The notes under the pieces are model-generated. The model ran no database searches. It was given only the letters and a program-made list of their open reading frames with translations, and had not been told where the DNA came from. A stretch of 64,000 bases of DNA. Origin: Flavobacteriaceae bacterium. GTDB lineage: Bacteria > Bacteroidota > Bacteroidia > Flavobacteriales > Flavobacteriaceae. The stretch covers positions 5,203 to 69,202 of the forward strand of contig JBAYPE010000004.1 in NCBI GenBank assembly GCA_041677865.1, in the 5' to 3' direction. This document shows, piece after piece, positions 9,144-18,231 of this stretch; the first letter of the stretch is position 1, and every line of letters starts with the position of its first letter. Made by a program: the position numbers and the translations under genes.

Positions 9144-10019
9144 ATGAACATCTTAGACGACATAAAACAACAATACCGATACGGAGGAATGGTTCAAAAA
9201 CTGATATTTTGGAACATTGGTTGCTTTTTGGTTTCCCTTATTTTTTATCAATTTTCGACAGGAAGATTTAACTTTCCTAACTGGCTGGCTTTGTCCAGCG
9301 ATTTGATAGTTTCAGTTACTTTTCCTTGGACATACATAACGTATGCGTTCTTGCACGGAGGACTTTTGCACCTAATTTTCAACCTGATTGTGCTAAATTT
9401 TGCAGGAAGGTTATTTCAGACATTTTTCTCTGAAAAACAACTTTTAGGAGTATATCTTCTCGGAGCTTTTTTTTCGGGATTAATGTATGTGTTTATTTAT
9501 TGGTTTGCTTTTCAATCTAATAACGCCATTTTGGTTGGAGCGTCTGCTTCGATTATGGCAATTTTGTTTGCTACGGTTACTTATGCACCTATGATGACCG
9601 TTCGTTTGCTACTCATCGGATATGTGAAGTTATGGCATATAGCATTGGCTATTTTAGTTATTGATATATTACAAATCGGGTTAAGCAACACAGGAGGACA
9701 TCTTTCACATTTGGCAGGTGCTTTCTTCGGATTTTTATTTGTAAAACTTCTTAAACAAGGTACTGACCTAACCAAAACAGCAACCAAAACAATCGATTTT
9801 TTTAAAGGACTTTTTTCTAAGAATAAAGCTTCTAAGAAGAAATACACTCCTTTTAAAGAGGTTCATATAAGCAAAAAGGAAACAAAAACCCACAGAACAA
9901 AAGTTTACAAAGACAAGAACCAACAACAAATAGATGAAATATTAGACAAAATTAGCCACTCCGGTTATGACAGCTTGAGCAAAGAAGAAAAAGAGTTTTT
10001 ATTTCAGCAGAAAGAATAG
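9144..10019 (+). CDS. Rhomboid-family intramembrane serine protease (copy 2, with a basic C-terminal tail)
   Basis: 291 aa. FLHGGLLHLIFNL, catalytic GASASIMA and HLAGAFFG. Confidence 0.85.
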   Translation: MNILDDIKQQYRYGGMVQKLIFWNIGCFLVSLIFYQFSTGRFNFPNWLALSSDLIVSVTFPWTYITYAFLHGGLLHLIFNLIVLNFAGRLFQTFFSEKQLLGVYLLGAFFSGLMYVFIYWFAFQSNNAILVGASASIMAILFATVTYAPMMTVRLLLIGYVKLWHIALAILVIDILQIGLSNTGGHLSHLAGAFFGFLFVKLLKQGTDLTKTATKTIDFFKGLFSKNKASKKKYTPFKEVHISKKETKTHRTKVYKDKNQQQIDEILDKISHSGYDSLSKEEKEFLFQQKE

Positions 10020-10036
10020 ATTATTTCAATTTCCAA

Positions 10037-10069
10037 TAAAAAATGCTCGGAAAACCCGAGCATTTTTTT
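10037..10069. terminator. Bidirectional terminator between convergent genes
   Basis: A-run, ATGCTCGG / CCGAGCAT stem with loop AAAAC, then T-run. Confidence 0.8.
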
Positions 10070-10096
10070 CGCACTAATAAAACTAAGATGATAGGT

Positions 10097-10510
10097 TTAT
10101 CGCAATCGGTCCACAGATTTTACGAGTTCCTCATCCTTTTTGATGGCTCTGTTTGCCAGAACTAAACAAACCACAGCTACAATAGGAAGAAAAATCCCAA
10201 TACCCTTCTCAGAGGCAACTTCCTCTCCGGATAAAGTTAGCGAACGATACACAAATAATCCTAGTAAAATTAAGTTTAATATGATGTTCAATCTGTTCAG
10301 CACAAATTGATTTTGTCTTTTTTTATAACCAAATAAGGCCAATAATGCCAAAGTAAAACTCAAACCAAGCAAAGCGGCATAAGTCATATTTTCCATAAAA
10401 AAGACCTTTTTTTCCCCCACTTCGTCTTGCCACAACGGAAAAACAAACGGAAGAATTCCAGATGCGATGGCAACTAAAACAAGGTATAAGGTTTGTATTC
10501 TTTGAATCAT
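10097..10510 (-). CDS. DUF4293-like integral membrane protein
   Basis: 137 aa with four predicted TM helices. It sits divergent from rho, the position this family usually occupies in Bacteroidota as far as I recall. Confidence 0.7.
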   Translation of the reverse strand: MIQRIQTLYLVLVAIASGILPFVFPLWQDEVGEKKVFFMENMTYAALLGLSFTLALLALFGYKKRQNQFVLNRLNIILNLILLGLFVYRSLTLSGEEVASEKGIGIFLPIVAVVCLVLANRAIKKDEELVKSVDRLR

Positions 10511-10698
10511 CTTTTTGTGTAATGCTCTGCAAAAATAAGTTTTCTTTTTTAAATAATACTATTGCAAAATAAAAATTATTTCGTATTATTGCATCGTAAT
10601 TCGGTATCACTCCTATCACAAATTACACCCCAACAAATTATTTCTATATTACTTATCGCATTATCGCAAAATTAATTTTTAATTTATTTATATTATAA

Positions 10699-12351
10699 AT
10701 GTTTGACATTTCTGTATTGAAAGAGATGAAGTTATCTGAACTTCAAGAAATTGCTAAGGTCGCTAAAATCAAGAACTTTAGAAGTCTCAAAAAAGATGAT
10801 TTGGTTTATCAAATTCTTGACCTGCAAGCAGCCGAACCCGAAAAGGTAAAACCTGAAATTATAGCGGAACAATCCCAGAAACAGGAACCTAAGCAAAACA
10901 AAAAAGCTCCAAGAGCAAGAATTCACAAGCCTGAAAATAAAGCTTCGGAAGAAAAAAAAGAAATTACACCACAGGCAGAAACAACACTAACGCCTACCCA
11001 GACAACACAGCCCAAACCTCAAAACAAAAAAAAGAAGGATTTTCAGAACAAGAACAGGCAAAACGAAAACAAGCCTACTCAAAATCTTCCGACTCAACAA
11101 GAACAAACCGAACCCCAGGAAGGGCAAAATCAAACTTCATCGGAGCAAAATAATCCCGCTCAGAAAAATCAAAAAAACCAAAATCGTAATCAGAATCAGA
11201 AAAAACAAAACGGGTTCAGAGACCCTGAGTTTGAGTTTGACGGAATCATAGAAAGCGAAGGAGTGCTCGAAATGATGCCTGACGGATACGGATTTTTGCG
11301 ATCTTCCGATTACAATTATTTAGCTTCACCCGATGATATTTACTTGTCAGCTTCGCAAATTCGCTTGTTCGGACTTAAAACCGGAGATACGGTCAAAGGC
11401 GTGGTTCGTCCTCCGAAAGAAGGAGAAAAATTCTTCCCCCTAGTAAGAGTGCTGAAAATCAATGGACACGATCCTCAAGTAGTAAGAGACCGAATCTCAT
11501 TTGAACATCTTACTCCGCTTTTTCCTGAAGAAAAATTCAATTTGGCCGAAAAACAAGCAACTGTTTCCACTCGAATCATCGATTTGTTTTCCCCTATCGG
11601 AAAAGGTCAGAGAGGTATGATTGTGGCTCAACCCAAAACGGGGAAAACAATGCTTTTGAAAGACATTGCCAATTCTATTGCAGCCAATCATCCCGAAGTT
11701 TATTTAATTGTTCTTCTTATTGATGAACGACCTGAAGAGGTTACCGATATGCAACGTAGCGTGAAAGGAGAGGTCATTGCCTCTACTTTTGACGAACCTG
11801 CAGACCGACACGTAAAAGTAGCTAATATAGTTTTGGAAAAAGCCAAAAGACTGGTCGAATGTGGTCATGATGTGGTAATTCTCTTGGATTCCATTACTCG
11901 TTTGGCTCGTGCTTATAATACAGTGCAACCCGCTTCGGGTAAAGTGCTTTCGGGAGGTGTTGATGCCAATGCATTGCAAAAACCAAAACGCTTTTTCGGA
12001 GCAGCTCGAAACATCGAAAACGGAGGTTCGCTCAGTATTATAGCTACAGCACTTACTGATACCGGCTCTAAAATGGACGAAGTTATTTTTGAAGAATTCA
12101 AAGGAACCGGAAATATGGAGTTACAATTGGATAGAAAAATTGCTAATAGACGTATTTTCCCTGCTATTGATCTGACTTCTTCAAGTACTCGAAGAGACGA
12201 TTTATTACTCGACGAAAAAACTATTCAAAGAATGTGGATTATGCGTAAATTCCTTGCAGATATGAATCCTGTTGAGGCAATGAACGAAATAAACGAGAGA
12301 ATCAAAAGAACCCAAAACAACGAAGAGTTTCTGATTTCAATGAACGATTAA
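10699..12351 (+). CDS. rho: Transcription termination factor Rho with a ~130-aa disordered N-terminal insertion
   Basis: 550 aa. N-terminal helix bundle (LSELQEIAK), Q/N/K/P/T-rich insertion, CSD-like RNA-binding domain ([14 protein letters not shown]), Walker A (AQPKTGKT), C-terminal RecA-like core. Confidence 0.97.
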   Translation: MFDISVLKEMKLSELQEIAKVAKIKNFRSLKKDDLVYQILDLQAAEPEKVKPEIIAEQSQKQEPKQNKKAPRARIHKPENKASEEKKEITPQAETTLTPTQTTQPKPQNKKKKDFQNKNRQNENKPTQNLPTQQEQTEPQEGQNQTSSEQNNPAQKNQKNQNRNQNQKKQNGFRDPEFEFDGIIESEGVLEMMPDGYGFLRSSDYNYLASPDDIYLSASQIRLFGLKTGDTVKGVVRPPKEGEKFFPLVRVLKINGHDPQVVRDRISFEHLTPLFPEEKFNLAEKQATVSTRIIDLFSPIGKGQRGMIVAQPKTGKTMLLKDIANSIAANHPEVYLIVLLIDERPEEVTDMQRSVKGEVIASTFDEPADRHVKVANIVLEKAKRLVECGHDVVILLDSITRLARAYNTVQPASGKVLSGGVDANALQKPKRFFGAARNIENGGSLSIIATALTDTGSKMDEVIFEEFKGTGNMELQLDRKIANRRIFPAIDLTSSSTRRDDLLLDEKTIQRMWIMRKFLADMNPVEAMNEINERIKRTQNNEEFLISMND

Positions 12352-12532
12352 GATTTAATATCAAAAGTAGAAAGTCTGAGGTCATAATAAAAAACTTCTT
12401 ATTCACAAAATTAAGACTTTATGACTAAAATAATTGTTGAAAACTTTCGTTATACTGCTTTAACTCATTGTTAAAAAGACTTATTTTTGTTGGAATAAAA
12501 AGAAAAACCAAACTCAAAACATTATTTAATTT

Positions 12533-13252
12533 ATGTTCCTATTACATTTTTTCTTGCAAAACGATTCGATTGTGAATCCTACTAATGTAGTCTTAGATGG
12601 AGTTGCTCAAAACGGAGAATCAACCACAGCTATTGAATTTTTGATGAAAGGAGGAGTATTTATTCTCCCGATTATTCTTTTGTTATTTTATACGATTTAT
12701 GTAATTATTGAGCGCTTTCTGTTTATCAGAAAAGCTACTAAATACAACAAAACTTTGGTAGATGATATTCGCTCTGAACTCAATTCGGGAAGAATCGAAT
12801 CGGCTCGTAATGTTTGTAAGAGAGATGATTCTGCTACCGGAAATGTTTTGGCAAGTGGAATTGACGGAATTGGTCGTCCGGTTTCGGAAATTGAATCTCG
12901 TATGGAAAAAGCTACTAATATTGAGCTTGGAGAAATGGAAAAGAAAATGGGGCATTTAGGACTTATTGCCGGTATCGCTCCGATTCTCGGATTTATCGGA
13001 ACTATTTCGGGAGTTATCAAGATTTTTCACGACATTTCTGTTTCCGAAGATATTAGTATAGGAAATATTTCGGGAGGTCTTTACGAAAAAATGATTAGTA
13101 GTGGGGCAGGACTTGTAGTTGGAGTTATTGCTTATTCGGCTTATCATTTGTTTAACGGAAGAATTGATGCTTTCGTTTTGAACATTCAGAAACAGGTTCT
13201 AGAATTTTTGAATATCATAAACCAACCAAGCTATGCGTCTAAAAAGGAATAA
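12533..13252 (+). CDS. MotA/TolQ/ExbB-family proton channel protein
   Basis: 239 aa. C-terminal ExbB-type helices (LGLIAGIAPILGFIGTISGVI, GGLYEKMISSGAGLVVGV). A TATTTTTG -7 box lies at 12482-12489. Confidence 0.85.
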   Translation: MFLLHFFLQNDSIVNPTNVVLDGVAQNGESTTAIEFLMKGGVFILPIILLLFYTIYVIIERFLFIRKATKYNKTLVDDIRSELNSGRIESARNVCKRDDSATGNVLASGIDGIGRPVSEIESRMEKATNIELGEMEKKMGHLGLIAGIAPILGFIGTISGVIKIFHDISVSEDISIGNISGGLYEKMISSGAGLVVGVIAYSAYHLFNGRIDAFVLNIQKQVLEFLNIINQPSYASKKE

Positions 13253-13625
13253 GCGATTTCATACAGAGGTAGCTACTTCTGCCATGAGCGACATTATGTT
13301 CTTTTTGCTTTTGTTCTTTCTGATTATCTCGACCTTAGCAAATCCGAACGTAATAAAACTGACTCTTCCCAAATCGGAAGCCAACGACACGACTAATAAG
13401 CAACACGTAAGTCTTTCGGTTACCCCAGATAAACGCTATTTTATAGATAAACAAGAAGTAGCTTTTGCAGATATTGAAGAAAAGTTAAAAGCAGAAGTTG
13501 ACCCTAACCTGCAAACCGTAGTAATTCGTATTCCTTATGATTTACAAGTTCAGGACTTGGTTGATTTACTTCAAATCGGAGTGCGACTTAATGTAAAATT
13601 TGTTATTGCAACCGATAAACAATAA
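13233..13625 (+). CDS. ExbD/TolR-family biopolymer transport protein
   Basis: 130 aa. N-terminal MSDIMFFLLLFFLII anchor and an ExbD-like periplasmic domain. Overlaps the preceding gene by 20 nt. Confidence 0.85.
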   Translation: MRLKRNKRFHTEVATSAMSDIMFFLLLFFLIISTLANPNVIKLTLPKSEANDTTNKQHVSLSVTPDKRYFIDKQEVAFADIEEKLKAEVDPNLQTVVIRIPYDLQVQDLVDLLQIGVRLNVKFVIATDKQ

Positions 13626-13651
13626 GTTTTTTTCTAAAAATAATATTTAAC

Positions 13652-13697
13652 CAAACCTCACAGTTTTTTTAAATCTGTGAGGTTTGTTATTTATTTA
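13652..13697. terminator. Terminator between convergent exbD-like and uvrA genes
   Basis: CAAACCTCACAG / CTGTGAGGTTTG 12-bp stem, T7AAAT loop, T-rich tail. Confidence 0.8.
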
Positions 13698-13699
13698 AA

Positions 13700-16534
13700 T
13701 CACGAGTATAATTCTTTTTTCAAAAATTTAGCCGTATAACCTTTTTTGCTTTTTGCGATTTCTTCGGGAGTTCCAACAGCTACAATCTTTCCTCCTTCTT
13801 TTCCACCTTCGCAACCGATGTCAATAATATAATCTGCTAATTTAATTACGTCTAAATTATGTTCAATTATAAGCACCGTATTTCCTTTATCCACGAGCTT
13901 ATTAATGACATCCATAAGAACTTTGACATCCTCAAAATGTAGTCCGGTAGTTGGCTCGTCTAAAATATAAAATGTATTCCCAGTATCCTTTTTCGAGAGT
14001 TCGGTTGCTAATTTTACCCTTTGTGCTTCTCCTCCCGAAAGTGTTGTACTTTGCTGCCCCAGAGTAATGTATCCTAATCCTACATCCTGAATAGTTTTCA
14101 TTTTTCTGTTGATTTTCGGGATATTTTCAAAAAAAGGAACAGCCTCGTCAATGGTCATATCCAATATATCAGCAATAGATTTTCCTTTGTAGCGAATCTC
14201 TAAAGTTTCACGATTAAATCGTTTTCCGTAGCATGAATCACACTCGACATACACATCGGGCAAAAAGCCCATTTCAATGGTTTTTACTCCCGAACCCTGA
14301 CAGGTTTCGCATCTTCCTCCTTTTACATTAAAGCTGAAACGTCCGGGTTTATAACCGCGAATCATCGCCTCGGGAGTTTGAGTAAAAAGATTCCGAATCT
14401 CTGAAAAAACCTCGGTATAAGTAGCCGGATTCGAACGTGGAGTTCGTCCAATCGGACTTTGGTCAATAGCAATTACTTTATCAATATGCTCTAATCCTTC
14501 AATCTTTTTGTAAGGCATCGGTTTTTTTACTGCATTAAAAAAGTGTGTATTCAGAATAGGGTAGAGGGTTTGGTTAATCAGCGTAGATTTTCCGCTACCC
14601 GACACGCCTGTAATTCCGATAAGTGTTCCGAGCGGAAATTCAGCAGAGATATTTTTCAGGTTATTTCCCGTAGCTCCTAAGAGTTTAAGAAACTTTCCAT
14701 TTCCTTTTCGCCTTTCTTTCGGAACTTCAATTTTTTTGATTCCGTTGAGATACGAAGCCGTTAAGGTTTTTTCTTTCAAAAGCTCCTTTGATGTTCCTTG
14801 GCTAACGATTTTACCACCGAATTTTCCTGCAAACGGACCAATATCAATCACATAATCTGCTTCGAGAATCATATCTTTATCATGTTCTACCACCAAAACA
14901 GAGTTTCCGATGTCTCGTAATTGTTTGAGCGAGGTAATGAGTTTTTCATTGTCTCGTTGATGCAATCCGATACTGGGCTCGTCCAAAATATAAAGTACTC
15001 CGACTAATTGCGAACCAATCTGAGTAGCCAAGCGAATTCGTTGTGCTTCGCCACCCGAGAGTGAAGCCGAAGCTCGATTTAGGTTGAGGTAATTTAGTCC
15101 GACATCCAAAAGGAATTTCAGTCGTGTTGTAATTTCTTTGATAATTTCGTGAGCAATGAATTTTTGTTTTTCACTCAAATGATTTTCTACATCTAAAAAC
15201 CAATCGTACAGTTCTTCAATATCCATCGAAGTAAGTTCAAATATACTCTTGTTGTTTATCTTAAAGAAAAGAGCTTCTTTTTTGAGGCGGCTTCCCGCAC
15301 AGGTCGGACACGAAATTTCGTCCATAAATTCTTTTGCCCACCGTTTGATAGATGAAGAATCGGTTTCTTTATATTGGTTTTTGATAAAGCTTGTAATTCC
15401 TTCAAAATCCACTTTATAATCGCGAGTAATACCCATTACTTCAGACTTGATAGAGAATTTTTCGTTTCCTCCGTTTAAAATCATCTTCATGGCTTCTTCT
15501 GAGATGGATTCGACCGGGTCAGATAATTTGAAATTGTACTTGGTTCCGATAATTTCCAATTGCTTGAAAATCCAAGAGTTTTTGTATTCTCCAAGTGGTG
15601 CTAATCCTCCGTTACGAATAGATAATTTCGGGTTCGGGATAACTTTGTTCAGGTTGATTTCGTTGACTGTTCCGAGTCCGTTACAATCCGAACAAGCTCC
15701 TTTGGGAGAGTTAAACGAAAACGTGTTAGGTTCAGGATTAGCATACGAAATTCCCGAATCTAAGCACATCAATGTTCGACTGAAATATCGGATTTCCTGA
15801 CTTTCCTGTTCCAAAACCATAAGTGCATCTTCTCCGTGATACATCGCAGTTTTGATACTTTCAGAAACACGATTGTCAAAGTCTTTAGAGTTCTCGACTA
15901 ACAATCGGTCGATGACAATTTCAATATCGTGGGTTTTGTATCGGTCGAGTTTCATTCCTTTTTCAAGGTCGCACACTTCTCCGTTTACTCTAACTTTTAT
16001 AAATCCCTGTTTGGCTATTTGTTCAAACAATTCCCTGTAATGCCCTTTTCTAGAGCGAATTATGGGAGATAGAATCGAAATTCGTTTTCCTACATACTGA
16101 CTGATAATCAATTCTTTAATTTGCTCATCGGTATAACTAACCATTTTTTTACCCGTATTGTAGCTGTACGCATCTGCACCTCGAGCAAAAAGCAGACGCA
16201 AGAAATCATAAATTTCGGTTACCGTACCCACAGTCGAACGTGGATTTTTGCTTGTGGTTTTTTGTTCAATCGCAATAACAGGTGACAATCCGTCAATTTT
16301 ATCTACATCCGGTCGTTCTAAACTTCCCAAAAACTGTCTTGCATAAGCAGAAAAAGTTTCGATATACCTACGTTGTCCTTCTGCATAAATTGTATCGAAA
16401 GCCAATGATGATTTTCCCGAACCCGAAAGTCCGGTAATTACCACCAATTTTTCCCTCGGAATTGTAACATCTATGTTTTTAAGATTGTGAGCCCTTGCTC
16501 CAAAAACCTCTATATTTTCTTGTGTTTCAGACAT
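13700..16534 (-). CDS. uvrA: Excinuclease ABC subunit A
   Basis: 944 aa. Two ABC ATPase modules ([23 protein letters not shown]; LSGGEAQR twice) and zinc-finger Cys clusters. Confidence 0.98.
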   Translation of the reverse strand: MSETQENIEVFGARAHNLKNIDVTIPREKLVVITGLSGSGKSSLAFDTIYAEGQRRYIETFSAYARQFLGSLERPDVDKIDGLSPVIAIEQKTTSKNPRSTVGTVTEIYDFLRLLFARGADAYSYNTGKKMVSYTDEQIKELIISQYVGKRISILSPIIRSRKGHYRELFEQIAKQGFIKVRVNGEVCDLEKGMKLDRYKTHDIEIVIDRLLVENSKDFDNRVSESIKTAMYHGEDALMVLEQESQEIRYFSRTLMCLDSGISYANPEPNTFSFNSPKGACSDCNGLGTVNEINLNKVIPNPKLSIRNGGLAPLGEYKNSWIFKQLEIIGTKYNFKLSDPVESISEEAMKMILNGGNEKFSIKSEVMGITRDYKVDFEGITSFIKNQYKETDSSSIKRWAKEFMDEISCPTCAGSRLKKEALFFKINNKSIFELTSMDIEELYDWFLDVENHLSEKQKFIAHEIIKEITTRLKFLLDVGLNYLNLNRASASLSGGEAQRIRLATQIGSQLVGVLYILDEPSIGLHQRDNEKLITSLKQLRDIGNSVLVVEHDKDMILEADYVIDIGPFAGKFGGKIVSQGTSKELLKEKTLTASYLNGIKKIEVPKERRKGNGKFLKLLGATGNNLKNISAEFPLGTLIGITGVSGSGKSTLINQTLYPILNTHFFNAVKKPMPYKKIEGLEHIDKVIAIDQSPIGRTPRSNPATYTEVFSEIRNLFTQTPEAMIRGYKPGRFSFNVKGGRCETCQGSGVKTIEMGFLPDVYVECDSCYGKRFNRETLEIRYKGKSIADILDMTIDEAVPFFENIPKINRKMKTIQDVGLGYITLGQQSTTLSGGEAQRVKLATELSKKDTGNTFYILDEPTTGLHFEDVKVLMDVINKLVDKGNTVLIIEHNLDVIKLADYIIDIGCEGGKEGGKIVAVGTPEEIAKSKKGYTAKFLKKELYS

Positions 16535-16569
16535 AAATTTTCGGCAAAATGCAAAGGTACGGGTAATTT

Positions 16570-16597
16570 GGGAATTAGGAATTGGGAATTAGGAATT
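16570..16597. repeat. Perfect tandem duplication of the 14-mer GGGAATTAGGAATT
   Basis: 16570-16583 is identical to 16584-16597. A 13/14 match recurs at 37891-37904. Confidence 0.9.
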
Positions 16598-16661
16598 TTT
16601 GTCCGTACAAAGTGTACCAACCTTATTTATAAACTCTAACAGGTAAAGTACAGCAATAAAT

Positions 16662-18221
16662 TTATTTTCTTTTTCTAAAAAATAGCATTACAAACAAAAC
16701 TCCTGTTGTCAAAATCGAAATTTTAGCGATGTAATCACCAAGCAGAACATATAATGTTTTCTTTTGGTTGAGGGAAACTTTTCCGAGTAAGGCTGTTTTT
16801 TCGTTGTATTTTGTCTGCTTTGTTATTTCACCTTTTTGGTTAATAAAAGCAGAAATTCCTGTGTTGGCACTTCTAGCAATATCCCTTCGGGTTTCGATAG
16901 CACGAAGTCGAGCTAAAGACAGATGCTGTTTGTGCCCTTGGGTTTCGTCCCACCAGGCATCATTGGTAATGATGGCTAAGAAATCGGCTCCGTTTGTAAC
17001 ATAACCCGTTACGTATTCTCCATAAACTGATTCGTAACAAATAATCGGAGCTACTTTGGTATTGTCATTTGCTGTAAAAACACTTCGTTCTTTTTGAGTA
17101 GTCTTTACCGAGATTGTTCCTCCCAAATCAAGCATTATATTACCCAAAAGAGGCTCTAAAACCGGCTTAAGAGGAAGAGTTTCGATACCTGCAACGAGTT
17201 TTGATTTGTAGTACTTCTGTAACTGATAATCTTCTTTTATAAAGATTGCCATATTATAGAAATTTCCCCATAAATCCTCACGAATTTTGTTAGATTGAAT
17301 TGTCGCTTGGGATTCGTCTGTAAACAAATCATAGGTATCTATACCCCACAAAAACTGTGCATTGGGGTACTTTTGGATATAATTTCTTAACTTATGAGGC
17401 ACATCGGAATACAAAAATCTGTCAAACGGAAGATTTTCTGCCAAAACCGTTTCGGGAGCAATTATAAATTCCGTATTTTCGGTAATTAGCTTATCGGTTT
17501 CTGAAAGTAAAAGGCTTGTGATTTGGTTGTTCGTAAAATTGTATTTTTCATCATAAGGGTCAATGTTAGGTTGCAATACAATGACTTCTTTTTGTTCTCC
17601 TTCTATTTTGTAGAAACTATACATTACCATAGAAATCACAATCGGAATACCGACAAAAAGAGCAAATTTAGGTAGTATCTTCTTGATGTTTTTACCTTTT
17701 AAAAAACCGTAAAACACAAAAATATTTACTGCTAAAATCCACAAACTCCCTCCGAAAGTCCCTGTAAATTCGTACCATTGAATCCAGGTGATTGTTTCGG
17801 AGAAAACATTTCCTAAGTTCAGCCAAGGCCAAGAGAAGTCCCAATACAAATGCAAGTATTCAAAGCTTATCCAAAGCGAAGCAAAAAACACCAAGCTCCA
17901 TTTTTGTGTCAGTCTTTTACCCGAAATATGATAGCCTAAAAACACCAAACTCATCATCAAGGTGTTAAACAAATTGGCAAACACCATCCCAAAAAGATCT
18001 GCATAGTAAATCCAGCCTGTTGTGATGAGGTTCCAAATCAAAAAAGAGAGAAAGGCAAACCCGAAAACTCGTAACTTAGTATTTTTGTGAGTGATTCTGA
18101 TATTATGTTCGACAAAGAGTAGCGGAACAAAAGCTACAAAAACAAAAATAGGGAAGCCGTAAGTCGGCCAGCTGATGGCTAATAAAACTCCCGATAGTAT
18201 GGCTAATAAAATATTTTTCAT
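16662..18221 (-). CDS. lnt: Apolipoprotein N-acyltransferase
   Basis: 519 aa. Multi-TM N-terminal half and a C-terminal nitrilase-fold domain with APIICYES. Confidence 0.9.
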   Translation of the reverse strand: MKNILLAILSGVLLAISWPTYGFPIFVFVAFVPLLFVEHNIRITHKNTKLRVFGFAFLSFLIWNLITTGWIYYADLFGMVFANLFNTLMMSLVFLGYHISGKRLTQKWSLVFFASLWISFEYLHLYWDFSWPWLNLGNVFSETITWIQWYEFTGTFGGSLWILAVNIFVFYGFLKGKNIKKILPKFALFVGIPIVISMVMYSFYKIEGEQKEVIVLQPNIDPYDEKYNFTNNQITSLLLSETDKLITENTEFIIAPETVLAENLPFDRFLYSDVPHKLRNYIQKYPNAQFLWGIDTYDLFTDESQATIQSNKIREDLWGNFYNMAIFIKEDYQLQKYYKSKLVAGIETLPLKPVLEPLLGNIMLDLGGTISVKTTQKERSVFTANDNTKVAPIICYESVYGEYVTGYVTNGADFLAIITNDAWWDETQGHKQHLSLARLRAIETRRDIARSANTGISAFINQKGEITKQTKYNEKTALLGKVSLNQKKTLYVLLGDYIAKISILTTGVLFVMLFFRKRK

Positions 18222-18231
18222 AGTTTAATTC

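Noticed and set aside
10323-10619. A 98-aa minus-strand ORF overlapping the DUF4293-like gene and extending into the rho upstream region.
   Set aside because: It is in an alternative frame of a gene whose product has a coherent four-TM profile. The overlapping translation shows no membrane or domain pattern.
12533-13625. The ExbB/ExbD-type pair without an adjacent TonB as something unusual.
   Set aside because: Separate genomic placement of tonB and multiple exbBD-like pairs are common. Nothing in the two sequences departs from the family pattern.
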